NCBI RefSeq assembly: GCF_009914755.1
Contig: NC_060942.1
Strand: one strand, 5' to 3'
From: the human T2T-CHM13v2.0 reference genome, Homo sapiens
Length of the DNA stretch: 64,000 nt
Made by a program: the position numbers and the translations under genes. Under the pieces are notes generated by a model that did no database searches, had not been told where the DNA came from, and saw only the letters and a list, made by a program, of their open reading frames with translations. Numbering within the stretch: position 1 is the stretch's first letter; every line of letters begins with the position of its first letter. Positions 54,571 through 64,000 of the stretch are shown one piece after another.

Positions 54571-57500
54571 ATTCTTATAAACACCCTTCATAAATGCAGT
54601 GTTCAGTGTTCAGTCTAACCCAACCCTTCAGTCCGGATTCGGATACATCAGATGTTCTACATCTTACATTTTTCTGTTCTCAAAGCGCTCGTGACAGACT
54701 AGATCTTTCTTTGGAGGTCACATCATACATATATTTATTTTACATAAATTGGTTTCATAGTGAGTGTAAGGCTAATATTCAAATACTTGATTTTTTGTTG
54801 ATTTTTTTCTAGCATAGTTCTCAAACAGAAGCTATTTTATAATTACGTTAACTTTGAAAAGTTCTATATTTCAAAATTGAAGGAAAAAAAAAAAACTAGG
54901 CCCCAGTTTAAAGCGAACAAACAAAGAAACTTCCAGATCCTAGCGCAGGTTGTCCAGGCCAAAAAAAAAACTTTATTGGGATTAGAATTAACTTGCAGCA
55001 CTGTTGACCTTTCAGCTCAAATGCCCTTCACCGCCTCCCCACACAGATCTTCACTTCCACCATCATTCCCTTCCCCCTTCCTCTGTAGTCCTGGTTTTTT
55101 TTTTTACTGAGCAATGATAAATGTATATACTATATGTTATAGGTTCAGTTTTTTTCTTTAATTTTTGTAAACTCTATCATATGTACTTATCCTACATGAG
55201 AATCCCCAAATAATTTGGGGTTGACTTTTCTCTGCTCTCTATTAGGCAATAAACCACATGAGGGCAGGAATAATTTCTATTCAGATAATCAGTAATTTCT
55301 TAGCATCTAACTCAGTGCCTAGCTCATTGATTGGTCATTTTTGACAATAACCAAAATATGCCCAGAGAGTAGGTAGTAGCATATTTAATTTGGTGAAACT
55401 GTCATCGAACATTTGGTTCTTCCTGAAATCTACATGTAATTATGAAAGCAGTGAAAATCAGAGACATTTGTATTATCACAACTTTTCTCACTATGGCACT
55501 CCCTGCTAATATCACCAAGAAAATAAGAATTGTTTATATTCTTGCTTGAATTTTGAGATTTTGCAATGAAAAATTAGAGTAAGGGATAGAGAAAAGCAAA
55601 GACGATGAAGTAGGGACTTACAGTTAAAATAGTAAGCCTGAATTAGGTGACAGAAGCAAAAATGGTGCTTTCAGGAAAAGTTGAGAGGAGAGAAAGAAAT
55701 GCATACATATTGTGACAAACGGAGTTTTGTTTGGGAGTGATTTGGGGGAGTAAGATGTCATTTCTGTAGAAAATGACATCTGTTTAAGGAGAAAGACCAT
55801 TAGGGATAAAGAAAGGTGTATAAGACATCTTGAAGTATATTTTAATATATCTCCCATCCTTGCACTGACCATTATTGAGAAACCATTATAGGTTTGCTGT
55901 TGGTTTAAATCAGCATCGATAGCTATTAGGTCAAAATAATTATCACTTTAACTTACATCACATTTGGGGAAAAATGACTTTCATAGAATTTTTTGAAAGG
56001 AATTAACTGATTAGTGTCATTTTTTGAACTTTGAGATTTCTTTCAAAATAAACAAATATTTCATATGATAACTGAGGTAGATACATTTGACATAAAATTT
56101 CTTGCAAATGTGAAAATTCTGTCTGTGCTGCATAACCAGCTCTTTTCTCTCAAGGACTTCTCAGCACTTGGAACTGTACTCTGTGGGTACTTAAACTTTA
56201 ATTGATGATCATAAGCATTTCATTTGTATTTTCATTTTCTTTCCTTGGCCCACTCTGAAAGACTTTAAAGTTAGCCATTTCAAAGTCCCTGCTTTCAATT
56301 GTTTTATCATACCTTTTAATTTTTCCAAAGATTAAAATAACAAAAGCCCCTTTGAGATTCCTATATCTAGGTTGGCAGGTGGGTAAATGTTTCTCTGGAG
56401 TGACATTCTCTCTTAGTGATAAAATTGCTTCTATCGTCTAAGCACCTGTTAGATATCTGGCAGCATGATTTCAAATGACAGTTTCTATGATATCTAGAGC
56501 AAGCACACAAGATATTCTCCAGTGATTTCCCCAACGTAAGAGGGGAAAAAAAACAGGGGTGGAGAAACAAAGTTAATTCTCTTTTAAATTGTTATTTATC
56601 TGCCAGTATAATTATATGTCAGGATCTTAATAAATGCAGAACACCTAGTATAATATGTTTTACCTGGTCTTGCTCCAAACCAGGAAGACAACCTTAAATG
56701 GGCTCAATATATAATTATATCAGAATAAAAAAATTGCATTACACATTTCCTATTTAAATGTGCTGTAATTTCTTTTTAGATAAAATTGGTGTTACTTTAA
56801 AAGTAAAAACATCATAAAAATAATATGTTGTGACAAACACAACTTTCAAATTTGTTACAAATGTTAAATTTTAACTTATATTTTCTCATATTTTATAAAT
56901 GTGAGTAAACCACATTTTTTTAATCAAAGCAATTAGTGTATAGTAAAATATTTAACACTTTAGCTTTTAGACAAATGGTCTAACCACAAACATTGGCTAA
57001 TTTATTTCCTTTTCTTTCCAGTGTTAACCTTTAGTGGGAGCTTTGCAGGCATTTTAATTTATTTTAAATTTATGCAAAAATAGATTAGCATTTTCTAGCA
57101 ATCATTTGTTTTGCATTTTTTGCTTTCAGCCATTTTTTAAGCCACCTGCTGTATTTGCCTTATGTTCAAAGTACGCAGTTGACAGTTACTAATAATGCAG
57201 ATTAAATTTGCTTATGATGACAGGCAAAACACTAAGTAAAAACAAAACAATATAATCCTGCATTTGTTTCCTCTGTTTAAGTGGTGACTTAAAAGAGACA
57301 GGTCTGATGTGCAAGACCATTAATTTATTACCATTTGGCAAGTCTTACTGAACTGAGATATGGACAGCATGTGAAAGTTAATATAATTAAACAACTTTTC
57401 AAGTATAAGTCTGTTTTATAAAGTTCAAAAATATGTGTTCAGTCTAAAATAAATATCTTTATTTTTTATATTTTCAGTAGTTATTAGAATTTGCCACCAA

Positions 57501-58254
57501 GATATAATATCATTAGTAAATAAAAACATCTAGGCTGAACATTTCTGAAGGCACAAATTGTCAAGGCAAACATATTCCATGTTGTGTGCATTTCTGCTTT
57601 ATTCTTCTTGGTGTATTTCTAATAAAGGTATCACAAAACAAATACTCTTAAAATTTAAAAGATGGTGATTAAAACCTGACATATGGGACATTAGCTATAC
57701 TTTATAAGTCTGTATTTAGGTATTTAGAGAGTACCAAAAATTATGGATGTTGTAGGTAATGGTCCCTGGGAACCACATACTTTTATCTGAAGAATTGACC
57801 CTGCTTTTACAAACCTTTGCTGTGAATTGTGGCTATATCTGATGTTTCCATGTATTTAACAAGACAAATATGTGTATACTCATGATCGCTTAGTCTTTGC
57901 CACATGAGTATTTCTTGGATGCTTTTAACTCAGGGATTATGTCTTTGAATTTATTGAGCCAAAAGCAATACAAACAAATTACGTTCAATTTATCCCTCTA
58001 AATAATGTAGAAACTAAAAATTATTATGCATCATGCTCATCTATGAATGTTGAAATATTTATTTTATATTTAACACGTTGAATTAATTTTTGCCCATCTA
58101 TATTATCGTGATATATATCTTACAGAGTTTTGTTTTAAACCATGCATAAACAAACTCATAAGAGTTTATCAAAATGAGTGGAAGATTTGGTTTGGCTATT
58201 TCAGTATTCAGCCAGTCCTAGAAGGAATCGGAACATAAAAAGTTATATTCAAAA

Positions 58255-58490
58255 TAATGATTTCTAACATTTGAGCAATCTCTAAGTGCCAGACTTTGTG
58301 CTAATTGTTTTTATTCATAATTTATTTAATACTCATATATCTGTAAGATGGATAATATCGTTTACCACCACTTTGCAGATAGTGAGGCACAGAGAATTTT
58401 TTTTTTTTTTGCAAGGGGTGACATGTGTTGAGTTGCAACTGGAAGACAAACACAATGGAATGATTTCAGGGCCTGTGATGTAATCATTCC
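58255..58490 (-). mobile_element. MIR
   Basis: ctaacatttgagcaatctctaagtgccagactttgtgct...cactttgcagatagtgaggcacagaga. Confidence 0.75.
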
Positions 58491-58614
58491 GAGGTGCTAT
58501 CTATGTTACTCCCAGTGGGTGAAGGAAGAATGGAAACATTAGAACTTTGTGAGGGCCACTGGATGGATTTATTGGCTTAAACCTTTTCTTTCTCCTACAT
58601 GTGACATAAAGGAA

Positions 58615-58765
58615 AGAGGCAGAATTTGCAAGAGGAGAGGCTGTGTAACAATACCAAAGCCAAAGATCCTGGCTTTAAAAAGAGCATTTGGTTATTAGCT
58701 CTGGGATATGTAACCTTCCTGAACTTCAGTTTTCTAATCTGTTTATTGGGAAAAATAATGTCTAT
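58615..58765 (+). mobile_element. MIR
   Basis: ttattagctctgggat...taaccttcctgaacttcagttttctaatctgtttattgggaaaaataa. Confidence 0.6.
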
Positions 58766-59584
58766 CAGCATATTTCTCACCAATGACAGTAAAAGCCAAA
58801 TGATAATGGAGTATTTTTAAGGTGCTGAGAGAAAATCGTTTCACATAAAAAAAATATAAAAATATAACAAATGTAGAAAAGGACAATCATCTAAACTCAC
58901 AAAGAATGAAGTTAATAGTTATTATTGTGGACCCACAATAACCCATAGGGTTTATCACTAACAAATCCTTGTTGAAGAAATACTGAAGAATGCATTTGAG
59001 AAAGAAGGATAATCGAAGGCATAGCTTGCAAGTAGGAATAGTGCACAGGAATTTTAAATCTGAGGGCAAATGTAAAGAGCACTGACTATGTAAACTCTGA
59101 CCCCTTCTTCACTGAGCTTACAGTCTAGCAGGGAGGTCGATCTTAAATAATTCATGACACTTCTCTTGAGTAGGAAAAAATGCTGTTTGTAGATAAAGAT
59201 ACAAGTAGCAGTTTTCTTTATGAATGTTAATGAGAGAATAAAATTTAATATATCTCCATTAGCATAATTTAAAGGTCATTAAAACATTTGAACATTGAAA
59301 TGGATCCTCTTTCATCACAAACCTGAACTCCTATATCGAGGCATCAACTCTGCTCCTCCTATAGTTTATGCTTTTGTTTGTAGTTTTCAAACACACTACA
59401 CTGTTATTTTTAGTTTTTACTCCTACACGTGGAGGAATACACACTTTCACCTACTTTTCATCTACCTCCTTCAGATTCAGCTCCAGGGCCATCTCCTGCT
59501 AGAAGCCTTTCTTGCTCCTTTCCAACTTTATCCAATTCAATTAGACATTCCTCTTTGGTGCCCTAGAGTATACTCTATCTGATT

Positions 59585-59882
59585 CCTTTGTTTTGTTTGT
59601 TTGATAGGGTCTCATTCCCATTGCTCAGGCAGGAGTGCAGTGGAGCAAACTTGGCTCACCACAGCCTTGATCTCTCGGGCTCAGGTGATTCTACCACCTC
59701 AGCCTCCTGAGTAACTGGGACTAGAGGTTCACGACACTATGCCTGGCTAATTTTTGTATTTTTTGTAGAGACAGGATTTTGCCATGTTGCCCATGATGGT
59801 CTTAAACTCCTAGGCTCAAGTGATCCTCCTGCCTTGGCCTCCCAAACTGCTGCTTTTGCAGATGTGAGCCGTTGAACCTGGC
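59585..59882 (-). mobile_element. AluJ
   Basis: J diagnostics (cagccttgatctctcgggctcaggtgattc, ctcctaggctcaagtgatcctcctgcc). Confidence 0.92.
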
Positions 59883-60224
59883 CATGACTCCTACTTAAGT
59901 TTTTATAAACTACATTAAACAAATTTGTTTTTATGTTAGTATCCCCAACAAGATGCTAAATTACTCAAGGCAAGATAATACGGTATTAATATATTTTTTC
60001 AATGATCTTCCCTGGCCCCATTTTGGGGAACATGGTCTTGTATGATTACCTAAAATATAAGGCAAAATGTCAATTAGTATTGCAGATAGCAACACAAATG
60101 TTGAAGTGACCTAGAGAGGATGTCATGTTATAAGAGGTCTGATGTAATTCTAACAACTTTCTACTGATATTTAAGCGACAAGATCCTTAAATCTTACAGT
60201 AGAGAACTGTTTCAATTATTTAAT

Positions 60225-62900
60225 TAAACTTTTAATTGTATATTACAAAGTAATTTCAAATTTATGGGACAATGCCAAACATCATACAAAAACCTGCCTT
60301 ATACCCTTCATCTATATTCACCAATTTTTAGCATTTTGCCACATTCACTTTTTCTCTATTTATAAATTATTATTATTGGTACTATTGTATTGGCTAAACA
60401 ATTTGAGAGTAACTGGAGTATATACCTCTTAAAAATAAGAACATTCACTTCTGTGCACATGATTATTAAATTCATGAAATTTTAAATGGGTACATTTTGT
60501 TACCTAAGAGATAGCCCGTATTAAAATTGTTCTCATTATTCAGTAATTTCCTCTATGTATTTCCTTTCTCCAAACCAGAATTCAAACCAAAATCACCCTT
60601 TGCATTTACCTGTCATACTTGGTCTCCTTTAATTTGGAAAGTTTTTGTGTTTCTTGACATTTTTATTTTGGATGATTAGACTTGCTCTTCTATAGACTGG
60701 GGTTGTCTGGAGTTTGTTCCTGATTACTTTCAGGTTATGCAGGGCGGGAACACTACATGAGTGGTGTTAGCACCTTAGGAGGCACATCATGTCAGTTCGA
60801 TCCAATATTGGAGATGTGAACTTTGCTCACTTGGGAAGATGGCATTTGCCAGTTTTCTCAATCACTGCATTACCATTTTGCATTTGTAATATGAGAAAAA
60901 ATGACTTGGCCAATGTCCAAAGTCTCCCCCAATATTTCCAGCATCTATTGATCGTTCTTGGATAAATTAATTATAATTATGATGGTTCAAAATAGGATGT
61001 TCTTACTATTTCATTTTTTCTACATTTATTCATTAATATTCCACTCTAAGGAAGAGCTCTCCCTTATTTCCTATAGGTTAGCTAATTCATTTATTCGTGT
61101 ATTTATTTATGTCATAACCTTGGCCTCATGGATGCTTATTTTTTTCCTTGAGTTTTCACTACTGTCAGTGTTTTTTTTTTTGGTGCTCAAATAGTCTCAG
61201 ATTTGACTAGTGGAAGTTGCTTAAAGTGGGTCTTATGGCCTTTTGTTATGCACTCATTAGTTTTTAATTCTCTACTTTCTGACATGCCAAGATATCCCAC
61301 GCTCACTTTCTACTTCCCTTAATGCAGCTTTGGAATTAAACATTCCTCCATTGTTCCGTGTTGTGCAGGTTTATGTAAACCTACATAAAAAGGCCAAGGA
61401 AGCTGAGAGGCTGAAGAAGGTGACTGACAAATTTAATTTCTTGGAAAGAAACATTTAATAGGGACTTACAAACCAAATCCATGTCTCAGGTTGCCCTGAG
61501 ACCAGGCAGTGGATCCCTACACCCTAACCTCAGACCCAGGTCTTATATACCATAGGAATTTGCCTAATGGCAGGATTCATGGTAAGTACGTGAAAATAGA
61601 AATTTTAGAGGCATTCCTGGAACTAGCAGGGTTAATCAGAAGTCAAAATGGTGGATTAGCACCCAGGATGGAATTACTTTAGCCTCCACATACATGGAGC
61701 TGTCATTACTTCTAATGAGGACAATTATTTAGAAACTAAGGTGTATGTGTTAGTTGTATTTATATATGTATAAATTTTACATACACACAAATAAGTCATA
61801 CCTTCATACTGATAGTTCTATTTTCAATTCAATACTGCAGAATTATTTCATGCCTTCTCCCATGCCGTATCAACCTTTTCTTTTACGTGAGCACTCTGTA
61901 ACTACAGCTAAGTAGCTACATGGAAACTCTGGCTCCCAGCATCAATACATTTCCTCATTTGCTCAATCCTACAAAACACACAGTGCAGTTTCAAAATTGC
62001 TATGCCCTTATCACTATGAACAACAAACATGCTAATTAGCAATCAATATTCTTAAAGGTCTTTTTACATGTAGAGGGAGGGAATATAGTCTAAGTACTGT
62101 TTTCAAAAGTTACTTGTGTTTATCCATTTTTACTTCTTTGTGATGTGTTGCTAACTGGCAACACAATTTGATTCATTGTTTTCTATTTGTGTTCAATTTT
62201 AATTTTTTCCTCATTTTTGCTGATTTAATTTTCTTTATAAATATGCAAATGGTCATGTTTCCAAGTCAAAGCTTTGCAAACAAGCACATGCAAAGAAATG
62301 TTACGTGGTTCTCCATTCCTTTTCCCATATTTAAAATCATCCTCTGTTGGTAACAAATTTCGTAGTTTCTTATTGCCTTTCTATGTTTTATTTGCAAAAA
62401 TGAGGAATACATATGTATAAACACATGCATATATAGATACATAACAGCATGCTACCTTTTTTAAGTTTAACAATATATTTTGGAAATCACAAATCATTAC
62501 ATAACAATTTATACATACCAGTCTGTTTTTTGTATTGCTTCATCCTTTGCCAATATTTTAGGTATGAAATTCAGGTTATTTACAATGTTTTGCAATAAAA
62601 CATAATGCCATAACCAATAAACTTATGCATATGTATTTTGTACTGTAGAAGATATTTCTTCATGAGAAAATTCTTAGAATTGAGTTTGCTGAGTGTGTCT
62701 ATGCAATTTTCTTAGATGTTTCCAAATCCACCTCCACATATATTGAACCATTTTGTTTGCCTGCTAGCTGTGTATAACCCTGTCTACCCACAGCCTTGCC
62801 CATACACTGCGCTTTCCATCTGACAAGTGAGAGATGGTATATCGGTATAGTTTTAATTTTCATTTATCTTACGATGGGTGCATTTTTAAGTGTCTGTAAT
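60225..62900 (-). mobile_element. L1MC-type 3' region, interrupted by an LTR
   Basis: atacccttcatctatattcaccaattttta, ggtgctcaaatagtctcagatttgactagtggaag, caaatattttaggt...tttacaatgttttgcaat. Confidence 0.7.
61359..61690 (-). mobile_element. Solo ERV1 LTR (MER84/MER93-like)
   Basis: The reverse strand begins tgtggaggctaaagtaattccatcctgggtgctaatccaccattttgacttctgattaaccc. Confidence 0.75.
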
Positions 62901-62919
62901 TATCTTTTTCTTACAGCTT

Positions 62920-63555
62920 ACATTGAATGCATCAGCAAATCCTACTAGACCTATCTTCAAATTTATTCCAAACCGTATTTCTCACCACCTCTACTGCCAA
63001 CATCTTTAATCCAAAGCAGCATGATTACTTACCTACAAGTAATTACTCATCTATGAGTTCCCTCCTAACTGGACTCCCGCTTCCACCCTTTCATCACTAT
63101 AGTATACTCTCAACAAAGCAGTCAAAGTGAACCTTTTAAATTCTGGCGTATTACTACACTCCCTGCTTAAAACTCTCCAGTGGTTTCTTATCACACACAG
63201 CTAACAGCCAAAGTTCTTGTGATAACCCCCAGGGCCCTAAAATCATCTCTGACCTCATTCCATCTGTTCCTCCCTGCCTCCCTCTGCTCTAGACATGCGC
63301 ACTAGGCCTGCTCTGTCCTCAGGGCCCTGCACTGGTCTCCCTCCCACCTAGAACACTCTCACTTCAGAGGTTCAGGTGGCCAAGGATCCACCAGTTGTCT
63401 TTGTTCACACTTCCCTTTCTTGGGGAGGCTTTCAGTGACCTCCCATACACTGAGTTATCTTCCTTTGTCATCTGTTCCCCTGAGAACTGAAAAGCCTATG
63501 AAGGTAGGGAGTGCCTGGTGTTTACCAGGTATTTTTGATTGAATAAAAAACATAC
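62920..63555 (+). mobile_element. L2a 3' portion
   Basis: catcagcaaatcct...tttctcaccacctctactgcc...cctcctaactggactccc...ctccctgcttaaaactctccagtggttt. Confidence 0.85.
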
Positions 63556-64000
63556 AGTGAATACTATATTACTAATAGAGTGAGATTTATTTTATTTTAT
63601 TTGTTTATTTCAGTGACCAGAGAATACTAATATCATAGTTGACATTCCCTAATTACTCAAAAACTGAAAAGAAAGATGGCCTTTAAGGACATTCTTTCCC
63701 ATATTATTAACATCTACAAATATACTCACTGACAAATGTTCCCTCAGTTATGAGCCAGATCCTTGTGAATAACAATGATGAAAATGTCTTTTTTCAATAA
63801 ATAAAAATGTGCATATACATATATATCTGTAAAACATTTATTTTGTATATCATTATATTGACATATATAGATAGTAGTTTGAGTTAATTGAATCAATAGT
63901 AGGATTAAGGATATTTTCATACACCACCTTTGTATAACTTAGATCCTTCTTTAAATGCTCTATTTTAAAAATAATTTTCAATAGATATTTTTTGGAGGAG

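Noticed and set aside
55204-55220. Palindrome ccccaaat-a-atttgggg
   Set aside because: 8-bp arms are expected about once by chance in a window this size.

Overview
AT-rich primate genomic DNA. AluY, AluSp/Sc, LTR12 and THE1 point to a catarrhine, probably human, gene-poor intergenic or deep-intronic region. I see no credible protein-coding gene, RNA gene or CRISPR array; the ORF track is almost all Alu/LTR/low-complexity noise, and the only real protein remnants are a dead Tigger1 transposase and decayed ERVL gag/pro/pol. Much of the window is transposon-derived: about 12 Alus, L1 (one twin-primed), L2, MIR, a deleted THE1 provirus, a partial MLT2/ERVL provirus, solo LTRs, Tigger1/3/4, MADE1 and MER5. 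Family names come from remembered consensus sequences, not a database run. The main signal not explained by that annotation is a set of short-range DNA copying scars of different ages. These are three dispersed local copies with one copy inside a transposon (~78, ~181, ~172 bp), a 184-bp tandem duplication, three fold-back hairpins, a tail-less L1 ORF2 patch and a likely Alu-Alu gene-conversion tract. I found no evidence of a novel gene system.
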